A program made the position numbers and the translations under genes. The notes below the pieces were generated by a model, which searched no databases, was not told where the DNA came from, and was given only the letters and a program-made list of their open reading frames with translations. Below are positions 1 to 13,450 of a stretch of 64,000 nucleotides of DNA, piece by piece. The DNA lies in assembly GCA_964016885.1 (NCBI GenBank), contig OZ024742.1, forward strand, positions 105,648,001 through 105,712,000. The letters are read 5' to 3'. Origin of the DNA: Eledone cirrhosa (lineage: Eukaryota). Each line of letters begins with the position of its first letter. Within the stretch, counting starts at the first letter, position 1.

Positions 1-750
1 TGGCTGTCGTCTGCTTTTAACGAATCATCATTTGTTATCATGGTGTTAGAATCAATAGAGAATGACTAAAACTTATCCAGCGATTCATAAGATTCAATTA
101 TTATTCACACTTTTTCATTGGAATCTTAATGTTCCTGGATAGTTTACTAATATCCGGGAGGGTGTGAGACATTTTGATATATTCATCTTAGTCATGGCTT
201 CGGCATGTTATCAGATCCATCATTTATCGTGATGGAGCTAATTGTATTGTCTAATGAAATGGAATATCAGTGATTTTTATTTTAGGCTGTTGACGTAATG
301 CATGAGAAGGGGAGGCTATAAAGATGAGTGTTTGCTTGATGATTACATAAGAGTTATAGTGAATGCGGATTCTGAGATATTCACGTTGTTGTTGTTGTTG
401 TTGTTTAGCTCCCGGTCAGCTCAGCATAGATCGAGCAAACATATACTGAAAGGCATTCCAGCCGTTACAAACCTGTCTTTTTCTTGTGTACAGGGAACGC
501 AGGACAACATTATACAACATGTGATTTGTGGGAGAGTTGACTGCTTTTTCTAGGAGGACGAATGACCAGTCATAAGCTCTCCCGTTGGATTAGTTGTAAT
601 TTTGCTTTTTACTCAACTAATTCATTATCCAAAGGGAAAAATGAATGTCCAGAGAAATATTCCGAAACTCCCGGTATATATCAATATGATTGACAGACAA
701 CAATCTTTGACCTCGTAAATGTCAAGAGGTTGACTATCTATTTTATTACT

Positions 751-908
751 AAGGTGGCGAATTGGCAGAGTCGATAGAATGTCGGATAGAATGGTTTGTG
801 TAATTTGTTCCGGTTCTCTGCTCTATGAGTTCATAACCCGCCATGGCCAACTTGCCTTCTAGCGTTTCGAGATCGATAAAAAAGTATTTGTTCAGTACTG
901 GGGTTGAT

Positions 909-910
<2 letters not shown>
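751..910 (+). mobile_element. tRNA-derived SINE, major family of this window (probable Meta/MESC-type central domain), diverged
   Basis: Head ggtggcgaattggcagag, degenerate B-box gagttcataacccgcc, then ttgccttct...gatcgataaaa..agta as in the other copies. Confidence 0.7.
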
Positions 911-981
<71 letters not shown>

Positions 982-1175
982 TCTCTGGAAGAAATCGGCT
1001 ATGTTGAGTGTTGAGACCTAGGGTGTGGATGCCCCACTAGGTTTAAAATGTCACTACAACGTTACTACGGGTTCATATAAAATTACCAGAGAAGGGACAC
1101 AGTTTGAGAGCTGTGAAAAGACATATAATGTGATGGGGAAAGAAGGTTGGACGGGCTGCAAACTACTATGACTGT

Positions 1176-1214
<39 letters not shown>

Positions 1215-1574
1215 AGAGAGAGAGAGACTTTATTTTTGCCAGCTGAGTAGACTGGATCATCGTGAAATAAAGTGTCTTCCTCAAAGCACAATGTGCCGCA
1301 GGTAATCTAACTCACGACTAACCACTAAGCCACTTGGACAATGTATCCTTACATACAATATGTATGAGAAAAAGACAGGCTTGTGTTGATTGGAATGCCT
1401 TTGATCAAGGGTTTACTCGATCAGTGGCAATCAACAGCAACATCAACAACAAATAACACTACAAACAGCAACAATACCTACAAAGAACAACAATGACAAC
1501 AAGAAAACAATAACAACGAAAAGCCACAAAACAACACAACAGCAATACCATCAAAGGTTGGTAGTCACAACATA

Positions 1575-1792
1575 TTAGTTTCTGATTTAGGCACAAGGCC
1601 ACCAATTTTTAGAGAGGAGAAAGTCGACTAAATCGACTTCAGTGCATTACTGGTACTTTATTTTAACGATCCGGTAAGGAAGAAAGGCAAAGCTAACCTC
1701 AGTAGGATTTGAACTCAGATCATAAAGGGCCGTAACTCTGTGCCATAAAGAATGTTGTCCGACGCTCCACCGATACTGCCAATCCACCGCCC
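1575..1792 (-). mobile_element. tRNA-derived SINE, major family
   Basis: Reverse complement reads ggcggtggattggcagtatcgg...ctgagttcaaatcc...ctttgcctttc...aaagtaccagtaatgcactg...ggccttgtgcctaaa. Confidence 0.85.
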
Positions 1793-2415
1793 TGGTCGTA
1801 ACAACATAAATGTATTTTATTGTAATAAATTCCTTCTGACTATTCTTTTGACCTCTTTATGTGAGTTCAAATTCCGCTGAGGTCAATTTTGCCCTTCATT
1901 CTTCCGGCATCCATAAAATAAAGTACCAGTCAAATACTGTGGTCAATTTAATCGACTAACTCTACCTTCCAAATGTGTAGCCGTCTGTCTATTAGATAAT
2001 ATTATTTCCCCACGTCCTTGTTTAACCCCAGGTTAGCTGACCGAGCAGACCTTTTCCTATAACTATGATCACTTTATCCAATATACCCTCCCATTTTCAA
2101 CCCTGTAAGATGGGACTGAAAGATTTGGTTGTTATTTCTTGCCAGTCAAGTCATCTAATTAAAGCTTCCGTTGTTGGCTCGTGTCTAGCAATGTAAAAGT
2201 AAACAGTTCATGTATTTAGTTTGGAAAAAGCTTGTAATCTTTCTAGTAACAATTCCCCACACCCTTTATTCCAAATTATTCGGTTGTTGTTATTATTGTT
2301 GTTGTTGCGGTAAGTGCCAGGTTTGTCCTTACTGGGAACACCTAGAAGCAAAGACATTCCAGTCGTAACCATCCCGCGATTTCTTCAGACAGTCTACTTA
2401 AGACTACATTATACA

Positions 2416-2725
2416 TAGCTTAGTGGTTAGAGTATTGGGCTTGCAATCGGAAGGTTGTGAATTCGATTCTCGGACCGGGTGATGCGTTGTGTCCTTGAGC
2501 AAGACACTTTATTTCACGTTGCTCCAGTATACTCAGCTGTAGAAATGAGTTGTGACGTCACTGTTGTCAAGCTCTATCGAGCATCAGTGGGGAGGCTGGT
2601 ATGCATGGGTGACTGCTGATCTTCCACAAACAACCTTGCCCGGACTTGTGCCTCAGAGGGAAACTTTCTAGGCGTAAATCCCATGGTCATTCGTGACCGA
2701 AGGGGGTTTTTTACCCTTTTTTATG
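2416..2725 (+). mobile_element. second tRNA-derived SINE family (CORE/V-like motif); partial copy at ~2745-2960
   Basis: A-box-like tagcttagtggttagag, B-box-like gaattcgattctc, then gttgtgtccttgagcaagacactt and ctcagctgtagaaatgagt. Confidence 0.7.
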
Positions 2726-3883
2726 CATTATCCAGTAAAGGCACACGGATTAGTGGTTAAGGTGTTCTCACAATCCTTTATTTCACGTTGCTCCAGACCA
2801 CCCTGTTGACAAAAATGAGTTGTGCCTGTAATTTAATGGGCCAGCTTTGTCCACTCTGGGGCCGTGGGATGCTCAGTCACTAGTACGTTGATTTCATGAG
2901 CAGGCTGTTTCGTTGATCGAATAAACTGGAAAACACGCCATCGGAACTGACGGAGGTCCAACACACACACACATATATATATACACACATTATCCAATGT
3001 TTCATTCGTTTGTTTTAAAGACAGTAGTGGGTAATTTGAGGGAGATTTGTTTGTTATTTTCCACAGGTTGTAGAGTCGTTAGAACGTAGGTTAAAATACC
3101 TTGCCTTATTTGTTCTGTTACTCCAGACTCTGAGTTGAAACCCTGTCGAGGTGACCATTGCTTTTCTACTTTTCAGGTTTTTGGTGGTAGATTTAATCCG
3201 TCGTCTGGTTTAACACTACCATATAGTTCTCGGCTGCTTTTAGCGGAGTCCATTTTCTTGCAAACATTTGAGCTAGGTCTCCGGGTTTATCCTTTCTTTA
3301 TCCTAACAGTCTGGAAGGCATTGAAAAAAATAAAGGATAATGCGTACTATACTCTTCTTTCCTTGGATAAGCTGTACAAAAGAGAAAACAACAGACACAC
3401 ACACATACACACACTCTCTCTCTTTCACACACACACACACTCTCTCTCTTTCACACACACACTCTCACTCTCTCTCTCACACACACATACACGCACACAT
3501 ACACTCACACGCAAAAATACACACACACACACACAAAACCAACAAGAAAACCCCAACAAAAATACCCCCCCCCCCTCAAAAAAAAACAGGGTCCCGCGTT
3601 GACTCAGGCAGTGGTAATGGTGATAATGAAGATGATGATGATGATGATGATATGTTCGGCTCGTTGGAAGTAACGATAAAACTGCTCGTATGATTTTACA
3701 GGTGTTGTTGATGGCTGAATAGGTACATCTTTGATATGTTGTATACGGCCTGCTTTTTGTTTTCTTTCTTTCATCCGTTCATTCATTCATCCTTTCTTTC
3801 TTTCTTTCTTTTTTTCTTTCTTTCATCCGTTCATTCATTCATCCTTTCTTTTTTTCTTTCTTTCCTCCGCCTCCCCCGCCTAT

Positions 3884-4015
3884 TTCTTCTTCTTCTTCTT
3901 CTTCTTCTTCTTCTTCTTCTTCTTCTTCTTCTTCTTCTTCTTCTTCTTCTTCTTCTTCTTCTTCTTCTTCTTCTTCTTCTTCTTCTTCTTCTTCTTCTTC
4001 TTCTTCCTCCTCCTC
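3884..4015. repeat. (CTT)n microsatellite
   Basis: Directly visible; source of the poly-F/L/E/R pseudo-ORFs. Confidence 0.97.
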
Positions 4016-4754
4016 TGCAGAGATCACCATAGACCACCCACAGTATCTAGCTAACAATTCACAAAATAAAACCCTTTAGCAAGCCCTACCCTACTACGTC
4101 ATATCTACACCTCACCCACTGCCCATCAGAAGGATCCTTTCGTCCGTTATATTTTTCTTTTCAATATGTAGTAAATGTATAACAAACACACTGAAGAACT
4201 GCCTGCACGCGCAGACGTACACACATACACAATAACACGCAACGAAAATACACAGACAAAACGGTCACAAAACCTTGAAAAATACGTTTAACACATACAC
4301 ACAATTACACTCAGACACTCAGCCCACACATTACACTCAGACACGTTTACACAGAGCATAAAACACATGATAATACTACACAGAACACACCAAACATAAC
4401 ATGCACGCGTACTTAACACCCCCTCTAGATCTACACACACACACACACACACACACACGAATACACTTCCTGATATGGGACAATTGTTACACCTTTTCGC
4501 AAACTCGAGTGAGGCCTCAACGTGATCACCCAGCCTATAAACTACATCTATCAGCTATCTCTCTTCCAAAACGTACACCCTAAACATATTTATAACATAT
4601 TTATTAACGAACACAAATATACAATGATGGAAGTATCTAATAAAAATAAGGATTAAAATAATAAAAAGGAAAAGAAAAAGAGAGAGAAAATGGTGAGTGT
4701 GTGTGTGGGGCTGGTGGATGAGAAAAACGAAATAATAATAAAAGAGATGAACGG

Positions 4755-4990
4755 AGGAAAGGGGAACATTCTACACCCTTGGTTTGGTTATATATCTCAG
4801 GTGGGCAGCGCTGACAAGATTGCGGAAGTATTGCCGCGGAGAAGAACTCATTCACCTTTTCCATTCTGTCCGCAGGGGCTGTGGGGCGGCCAGCACGTGG
4901 AACCCCATTTGCTCACAATACAGAGAGATGGAGGCGATGACAGTGGGAGTTCGGCTCTTCCGTGTTCGGACTCATTGCACCTGTCATGTG
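4755..4990 (+). pseudogene. possible decayed LINE ORF2 C-terminal zinc-finger fragment
   Basis: Across a frameshift reads C-RGEE-LIHLF-H/FCPQ-GLW, resembling the EExxHLFxxCPxxxxW motif of L1-type ORF2. Confidence 0.3.
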
Positions 4991-5124
4991 GATCATGTGA
5001 TATTTTTCTAGAAATCTATTTCCATTAATAAGAATTCATTGATATGAAGAATTTAGACAACAAGACAAAAAAAAAAAGGGGGATATCCTTGGCTGGTATG
5101 TCTTAGGGTTTTGTCTAGTTGATC

Positions 5125-5490
5125 AGGTGCAGCGAATTGGCAGAGTTGGTAGGACGTTGGATATAATAGTTTCTACATTTGGAACAAGGCCAGCAATTGG
5201 AAGAGGAGGCGACAGTCGACTAAATCGACCCCAAGTGAGTTGCTGGTACTTTATGTTATCGTTCCTGTAAGGATGAAAGACAAAACTAACCTCGGCAGGA
5301 TTTGAACTCAGAAAGTAAAAGGACATAACTCAATGCCGCCAAGCATTTTGTCTGATGCTCTACCAAATTTTGCCAATCCACTCGTTCCGGCTCTCTGCAC
5401 TCTAGGTTCAAATCCTGCTGAGGTCAACTTTGCCTTTCATTCTTTCGAGGTCGATTTTAAAGTACCAGTCAAGTATTGAGGGCGATTCTT
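5125..5490 (+). mobile_element. SINE interrupted by an antisense SINE of the same family (~5166-5380)
   Basis: Plus-strand head at 5125-5165 and remainder at 5381-5490 flank a minus-strand copy. Confidence 0.7.
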
Positions 5491-6032
5491 CCTCTATATT
5501 TTTTCTAACTTCCTTTCTTTCTTTTACTTTCTTTCCTTTTCTAGAAGAAATCCCCTGTTAAAACCTAGAGAGAGATGGGCTCCGCCAGGTTTAAAATCCC
5601 CTAAATAGGCTGTATGTCATTACAACGACCCTACGACTTGATCAGGATTCCATAATTACATACTATTCGAACAGGGGTGACCTGGGGTTAAACAACAACA
5701 ACAAAGACGACGACGACGACGACGACGACAACGAGTGCGGCGGCGGCGGCGGTGGTAGCGGCGGTGGTAGCGGCGGTGGTAGCGGTGATGGTGGCGGCGG
5801 CAGCCCTCCACCACCGCTACATCACAAACAGCAACTCCCATTTATTGGTCACCGCCAACATCATACATCTTATAGCTGAATTTCTAACTGTTCATCTGTT
5901 TAGTTTAGTGATGGGGGGCGGGGGGGTTGTGGTGCCAGTTAAAAGATGTGTACAAGAGATGTAATTTATATGTGTGTGTGTGTAGACGTGTATCGTTTGT
6001 GTATGTGTGTTGACTACCAGACGTGTGTCATG

Positions 6033-6137
<105 letters not shown>

Positions 6138-6188
6138 CTGTGTGTATCTGTGTGTGTACCAGAGGTGTGTCATATGTGTGTTTGTGTG

Positions 6189-6565
6189 TGTAGCGAAATT
6201 ATCGCAGCTACGAAACTTAGGCTAAAATAGTTAAAACGTCGTCAACGGAAATTACTTTCATTGAACATTCAGGTATTTAAGCCCAGCAGAAATTCAGCTC
6301 TGTCCTGTTCTATGCTCTGTTAGTTCGTGCTCTGTCTGATCTCTCTTAGGCAGTGGACAGGAGACTTTGCCTGTGGTAGTCACCAATAATCAGTGTTGCC
6401 ATAGCCAGTCACCTACCATGGCGCTATCTTATCTCAACTAACACATTCAAACATTCTGTCACAAATTCCAAAATATCACAACCCCTTGATTTCAACATAT
6501 TCAACAACCTCTTGATGAAACAACGCATTCTGGTTGTGTTATATTTTGCTACGTGGTGGCGTCGT
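6189..6565 (+). mobile_element. probable LTR (6189-6553) followed by primer-binding site
   Basis: Ends are imperfect inverted repeats TGTAGCGAAAT / ATTTTGCTACG (expected ..CA), with an internal TATA-like ggtatttaag, immediately followed by TGGTGGCGTCG. Confidence 0.45.
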
Positions 6566-6786
6566 ATACCATGAAACAAATAAAATTATCAAAATTAACA
6601 GTGTGGCTTTATTGTTAGTCGGTCTTAATTCATTATTGGTCTCGGTTGTTTTTCAACCAAAATAATCAACACGCACAACACATCAACGCTAAATCTTCCT
6701 GCCAGAGGCATAAGCACCAGGGTTATGTCGTAGATGAATGTGTGTGTACCAGAGGTGTGTCGTATTTGTGTGAATGTATATATATA

Positions 6787-8046
6787 CAGGGTGCGGACGG
6801 TATCTGAGGACACATGTATTTTTGTCATTATTTTATTTGACTAGTTTTTATTGAATTACCATTTCAGAAAATAACAATGAAAATAACTATGCTTACTAAT
6901 GAAATGAAAAGCCATGCTGTGATTGTGGCTTTGAAGGCTAAGCATGGTGATTTAGAACTTTCTCGTTTTCTGAAAGTTGCAAGATCTTATGTCCACAAGA
7001 TTCGGTGTGAGTTAGAGAAAGAAGATCGAAGCGCATTACCTGCATCAAAACGTAAAAAACATTCCAAACGCTCTGATTCTATCAGGACACCTGAATTTAT
7101 TCAGGAAGTTAAGCAAAACATTGATGACAATCCAGGAAAATCAATGAGGTCAATTGCAAAAAATGTTGGTGTGTCAGAAAAAACAATCAGAAATGTTGTG
7201 CATGAAGACATCAGATACAAATCTTACGTGATGAGAAGAGGTCAATTCATATCAGAAAAAAACAAAAGAAACCCGTTTAATCAGATCCAAATGACTTTTA
7301 AACAAACTTAAAAATCTATCAGAAAATTGTGTTATTTGGTTTTTCTCAGATGAGAAAAACTTTGACCAGGACCAGAAAACTAACAGAAGAAATGACAGGT
7401 GGCTATGTGCAGACCCTTCTGAGGTTCCAAGAGTAATGCACACAAAATTCCTGCAAGTGTCATGGTTTTGGGTGTTGTTAACAATGAAGGACATTATGCC
7501 TCTTCACTTTTTTCCACAAGGCCTTAGGGTGAATGCTGCTGCATATATTGAGGTTCTGGATAAAGTTATTAAGCCTTGGATCAACAGTGTATGCAATGGA
7601 AGGCCTGATGTCTTTCAACAAGATTCTGCACCATCACACAAGGCTCAAATGACACAAGAATGGATGGCTGACAATTTGCATGATCACATCACCCCCAATA
7701 TTTGGCCTCCTAATTGTCCAAATCTCAATCCACTGGACTACTATGTATGGAGCACTGTTGAGAAAAATGTCAATGGACACCCCCATAGCACCAAAAATTC
7801 TTTGAAAGTCGCCATAATTCGAGTCATGTCCGATATGAACAAGGACCACTTAATCCAAGCTTGTAAACGATTTCGACCCCATGTAGAGGCAGTTATTAAT
7901 GCTTATGGTGGTTTTATTGAATGAAATTATTAAATTGATAATTTAGCTTTATGTTTATGTTATTTTTTATAAGAATACAGTTTTTTCTGTTATCATATAA
8001 GCGTTTTTTTAAAACCATAAATCGGTCCTCAAATACCGTCCGAACC

Positions 8047-8049
<3 letters not shown>
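6787..8049 (+). mobile_element. Tc1/mariner superfamily DNA transposon, DD37D (maT) family
   Basis: Left TIR CAGGGTGCGGACGGTATCTGAGGAC after TA; right TIR gtcctcaaataccgtccgaaccgtg with 3 mismatches; encloses transposase fragments. Confidence 0.9.
6877..7924 (+). pseudogene. frameshifted DD37D transposase
   Basis: HTH region (SMRSIAKNVGVSEKTIRNVV), WFFSDEKNF, FQQDSAPSH, and NPLDYYVW 37 residues after the second D; frameshifts near 7260 and 7450-7495. Confidence 0.9.
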
Positions 8050-8106
<57 letters not shown>

Positions 8107-8130
8107 CATACATATATATATACACATATA

Positions 8131-8204
<74 letters not shown>

Positions 8205-8207
<3 letters not shown>

Positions 8208-8900
8208 ACTACCATCCTAGGATTTAACCAAGCATTCCACCACATCTTCTTACGGAATCACCTTTATGACCCCCCCCCCCCCCCACAAAAATAATTTTTT
8301 TTTTCCCCACACGCCACCTACACCCACAACACGCTTAAACACCACACACACACGTGCGTTCCACCACATATTTACACATTCAGCATCCGGATTCCTCTCC
8401 CCCACCCCTCTATCCACACACGCACACACACTCCGACCCACACCCCACCCCACACACACCTCTTCCTGAACATGCAACCCCGTTCTTCCCCCAACCCTTG
8501 CTTTCACATACATACACACACACACACACGTACACCTACACACACACACCACCTTCAGCCCTCCCCGCTCGGACACCCCGTCTCCCTCTCCCCACTCCAC
8601 CCTCCACCACCCCTATACGCTCCAACCCTTCCACCACCTGTTTTACCCCATTTTAATTTTATTTTGATCATGCCTTTATTTTTAATTTCATTTGCACCGT
8701 TTCCTCTCACCCCCTTTTTGCTATATGTCTCTCCACCACTCCCCTACACACCCTTTGAACTCTCTTCCCACACACTTTTCACCTGAAGAAGGGCTTATGC
8801 CCGAAACGTCGTTCCCCACCTCACCCCACTCTCAAGAGCGTGAAATTAATAAATATTCGTTGTACTGCCTCTCTGTTTTATTCCTGTTCAATTTTTCATT
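8205..8900 (+). mobile_element. Penelope-like element 3' fragment / terminal repeat in (TA)n
   Basis: Begins with TILGFNQAF, weakly like the PLE C-terminal PxGLN motif; C-rich tract, then a minimal hammerhead core; bounded by TA repeats. Confidence 0.55.
8781..8812 (+). ncRNA. minimal hammerhead ribozyme motif
   Basis: CTGAAGA-a-GGGC-ttat-GCCC-GAAACGTC; palindromic helix III (ACGT); helix I only 2 bp. Confidence 0.7.
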
Positions 8901-9327
8901 ATATATATATATATGTATATATGCATGTATGTGTATATATATATATATATGTATGTGATATATGTGAGTGTGTATATGTATTTGTATGTGTCTGTATATG
9001 TTTATATATATATATATGTGTGTGTGTATCTATATATATGCGTATATATATGTGTATGTCCGTGTACATGTATGTTTGTGTGTATATATATATATGTGTG
9101 TGTGTGCATGTATGTATGTACACACACACACACACGCACACACACACATATATATATATTCCTTTTATCTGAATGTGTGTATGTGTGTGTATATGTACGT
9201 ACACATATGCCTTTTTCCTTATTGCTATATATTTTTATTTTTTTATTATTATCCCGTTATTTTTCCAGCCTCACTTCCAATTTTTAACAGATTTTAATTC
9301 TCATTTCATATCTTTTATCTATAACAT

Positions 9328-9397
9328 CTCTATCTGACGACCGATCCAGACGTATATATTATTATCGTCTGTGATCCAGAAACCTTTGGTAATGGAG
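9328..9397 (+). ncRNA. type I hammerhead ribozyme motif
   Basis: Helix I ctctat/atggag; CTGACGA; helix II gatc-cagacg/cgtctg-gatc; GAA-ACC-ttt-GGT-A (GUA site); base of helix II mismatched (C.A, C.C). Confidence 0.7.
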
Positions 9398-9450
9398 TAG
9401 TTATATTTCACTTTCTAATTAAATATATATATACATATATATATATACAT

Positions 9451-10345
9451 ATATCCAAAATTAATTTAATCAAATTAAATTAAGGGAGTCATGTCCGCGA
9501 CATGCGCCATATCCACCGTAGAATAAGCTCAAAGATTCCAATGAATAGATCCGAGCATTTCATATCAACTAGAAATTGATTGACATATATATATATTTAA
9601 AATAAACACATGAAACAATCACAGGGGATAATTTGTAAAGTGTGTAATCACACATAGTTATGTAGGTAACTAATTAAAGTTTAACTAGAGCTTCAAATAT
9701 TACCCTTTAAAAAATGATTAATCTTCCTTGTATATATTTCATTAAAGAAATATAGTGTTTCATGTGTTTATTTTAAATATATATATATGTATGTCAATCA
9801 ATTTCTAGTTGATATGAAATGCTCGGATCTATTCATTGGAATCTTTGAGCTTATTCTACGGTGGATATGGCGCATGTCTCGGACATGCCTCCCTTAATTT
9901 AATTTGATTAAATTAATTTTGGATATATACACGGCTCCTTAATTGTAGAGCTAACTCAGTTGAAAGGACTCGGCTGCTATTTATAGCTGTCGATCCCTAT
10001 TCACACCAATGTGGTGACGCTAGCATGTTGTTAGTAGTTTTAGAATTGCAGCACGTGCGATAGGTCACATTTGATGTGTAAACACAGATAGTTAAATCTT
10101 CTCCCTTGCTGAAGACCCGGAATTTGACTACTGTGACTTTACGGATTAATGGTGAAATATATTTCTTTAATGAAATATATACAAGGAAGATTAATCATTT
10201 TTTAAAGGTAATATTTGAAGCTCTAGTTAAACTTTAATTAGTTACCTAACTAGCTATGTGTGATTACACACTTTACAAATTATCCCGTGATTGTTTCATG
10301 TGTTTATTTTGGATATATATATATATATGACAATCAATTTCTAGT

Positions 10346-10351
<6 letters not shown>
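9451..10351 (+). mobile_element. non-coding PLE/retrozyme-like element: ~536-bp monomer plus 5' inverted arm
   Basis: Direct repeat 9756-9815 = 10292-10351; 9451-9753 is the reverse complement of 10157-10351 continued into 9815-9928; flanked by (TA)n. Confidence 0.75.
10096..10191 (+). ncRNA. hammerhead-like motif with long or branched helix II
   Basis: Helix I atcttc..cttg/caag-gaagat; CTGAAGA at 10109; GAAATATATA at 10172 (AUA site, palindromic helix III); helix II poorly paired at its base. Confidence 0.5.
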
Positions 10352-10429
<78 letters not shown>

Positions 10430-10489
10430 ATACATGTATACATGCGTGTGTGTATGTGTGTGTACCAGAGGTGTGTCGTATTTGTGTGA

Positions 10490-10672
<183 letters not shown>

Positions 10673-10679
10673 GAGAGCG

Positions 10680-10731
<52 letters not shown>

Positions 10732-10737
10732 GGATAG

Positions 10738-10768
<31 letters not shown>

Positions 10769-10769
<1 letters not shown>

Positions 10770-10910
10770 GCGGCAAATTGACAGACTCATTATAGAATGC
10801 TTTATGGTATTCGTTTCTGCTCTCTGAGTTCAAATCCCATCGAAGTCAACTTTGCCTTTCATCCTTTCGAGGTCGATACAAAAGTACCATTCTAGTAATT
10901 GTTTTGATTC
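10769..10910 (+). mobile_element. SINE, major family
   Basis: ctgagttcaaatccc...aactttgcctttcatcctttcgaggtcgatacaaaagtacc. Confidence 0.8.
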
Positions 10911-11079
10911 TTCCTCTTTATTTCTCTCACCTTCTCTCTTTCTCTGAAAGAAATCTGCTGTATTCAGGTGAGGAGAGGTGAGGGACGGGCTCCGCCAGGC
11001 TGAAGATGCCTAAGAGACTCCGTATGTCAATACAGTGCTCCTACGACTCTATCAGGAGTTACGGGACCATACACACACG

Positions 11080-11187
<108 letters not shown>

Positions 11188-11191
11188 ATAT

Positions 11192-11377
11192 GGAAAAGTA
11201 TGACCCCGACGGCAGAGCTCAAGCCGTTTCGACGGCTATTTCAGTCCAGAAATAGCCGTCGAAACGGCTTGAGCTCTGCTGTCGGGGTCATACTTTTTCC
11301 TATTTCCCACTCTACTACCCTAAGTATTGAGTACTCTGGTGCGTTATGGTCCATCTGGTTCCTTACCACAATTCCTT

Positions 11378-11382
<5 letters not shown>
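11192..11382 (+). mobile_element. palindromic (fold-back) hammerhead-tail element, copy 1, in (TA)n
   Basis: Near-perfect palindrome 11192-11300 containing GAA-ACGGC-ttgagctct-GCTGT-C; shared 3' tail ...ggtccatctggttccttaccac. Confidence 0.8.
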
Positions 11383-11428
<46 letters not shown>

Positions 11429-11559
11429 TTGTAATATAATGAAACGAAATTTCATTTCTCACTCTTAGTACGGCACTTACTTAAATGTAAGTATGTATGT
11501 ATACGTACATACATATATGTATACAGACGTACAGTAGCATGCATATATATATACATTTT

Positions 11560-11700
11560 TTACATGTTTTTCTTTGTTTTCTTGTTTTTGTTAAAACCTT
11601 TTTACACGCTAAAACCCAAACTCTATCATCCTGTGCTGTCCTTAAAGTTTTCTTAATGTGAGTTCTGTGTGGCTAATAAAGAAACCATCATCATTACGAT
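11560..11700 (+). mobile_element. 3' stub of a Tx1-like LINE
   Basis: Ends tgtggctaataaagaaaccatcatcatt, resembling the 3' end of the full element at 52606 (tgtggttaataaagaaatcactattatt); similar stubs at ~19700-19805 and ~20040-20140. Confidence 0.5.
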
Positions 11701-11900
11701 TATTAAAAGGGTGGTGGATTGGCAGTATCGGTAGGATCTCGGATAGTATGCTTTGTCGCATGTAGTTACGACCCTTTACGTTCTGATTTCAAATCCTTGC
11801 GGGATCAATAAAAAGTACTAGTAACGCACTTGGATCGATTTAATCAATTTTCACCTTTTCTTCAAATTGCTGGTCATGCGCCCAAAATAGAAACATATTA

Positions 11901-12193
11901 TCTCTATATATAAAACTGAGGATGTCTGTCTGTCTGTGTGAGTTTGAATCCCTAAAACTCGAGAAGCACCCAACCGACTGTTTTTAAACTTTACACATAT
12001 AATACTTGTTTCAGGGAGTGTACTGAGCAAAAACAAAATTCAAATTTCCAATGCCCTAGGGACTGCATTAGGCGATTTAGCATCTCTCTCTATAATTCTT
12101 AGTCTTTCTCTTTTTAGATAGATACATACATATAACGTCGCGCCCTTATAATATCTGTCTGTATGTCTGACTGTCTGCACCCCTGAGGATGTC

Positions 12194-12233
<40 letters not shown>

Positions 12234-13000
12234 TGTGAGTTTGAATCCCTAAAACTCGAGAAGTACCCAACCGACTTCTTTGAAACTTTACATGTGTATT
12301 ACTTATGTTTCAGGGAGTGTTATGCACATACAAAATTCATTTTTTTGATCTCCTAGGGCCCGCATTAGGTGAAAAACTGCGTTTTTTCAGGTTTTTAGGG
12401 GTTATTTGAGGCGTTGCATCAGACCGATTTCCTTGAAATTGTAACTAATATTAGTCAGTCTCTTCTTCATACCGTGAGCAAAGAAAATCCAACTTTTTTA
12501 TGGCCTAGGGCCCCGCATTGGGTGAAACACTTCATTTTTAAAAAATCTTTTTAGGGCTTTTTAGAGGCGTTACGTCTAGCTGATTTTCCCGAAATTTCAA
12601 GCCATATTATACACATAAAAAAAATTCATTTTCTTGATCCCCTAGATAGATACATACATATAACGCCGCGCCCTTATAATATCTGTCTGTATGTCTGGCT
12701 GTCTGCATTACATCACTTCCCACAATTCCCTCTGCGTGCAGAACGCGCCCTTATAATATCTGTCTATATGTCTGGCTGTCTGCAGCCTTCGGTTATTCTA
12801 CCACCCTTGCTCAAGACATTCCCCAAACAGTAGGTAAGTGCACACAACTTCCTCACGTTTTAAGCCACAGTGTTGCTTACTTACGTACCACCAGACCCTT
12901 ACTTCTTTGCCAGCCGTGGTTGTGGCAATACTAAACTTAGCTAAGGCGGTTATATATTTCACAATACCTTATCCCGTGCAACGCCGAGTACCACTGCTAG
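11901..13000 (+). mobile_element. non-autonomous Helitron
   Basis: A|TC 5' end, (GTCT)n near the 5' end, internal duplications, 3' cccgtgcaacgccgag..CTAG|T; no TSD. Confidence 0.8.
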
Positions 13001-13011
13001 TGATTATTAAA

Positions 13012-13450
13012 AGGGAACTGGATTGGCAATATCAGCAGAGTGTCTGTCAAAATACTTGCGGCATTTAGTTACGACTTTCTACGTCCTGAGTTCAAATCCC
13101 ACCGAGGTTATCTCTGCTTTTCATCCTTCCAAGATCGATAAAACGAAATACCAGTCAAGTACTGGAGTCGAAACAATCGACTTACCCTTCTTTCAAATTG
13201 TTGGTATTGTGTCTAAAGTAGAATTCATTATTAAAGGTTGGTTTAGGGCGGTGGATTAGCAGTGTCAGTAAAGCGTCGGACACACATGCTTTCAGTATAT
13301 AGTTATGGCCCTTTACGTCCTGAGTTCAAATCCCGCCGATGTCAGTTTTGCCTTCCTTACTTCCGAGATCGCTAAAATGAAGTACCAGCAAAGTAATGGG
13401 GGTAATATATCAACTTTCCTCTGCCTGGCTGTGTGCCTAAATTAGAAATA
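13012..13450 (+). mobile_element. two adjacent SINEs, major family
   Basis: Two ggattggca/ggattagcag heads, each followed by ctgagttcaaatccc and the central domain. Confidence 0.8.
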
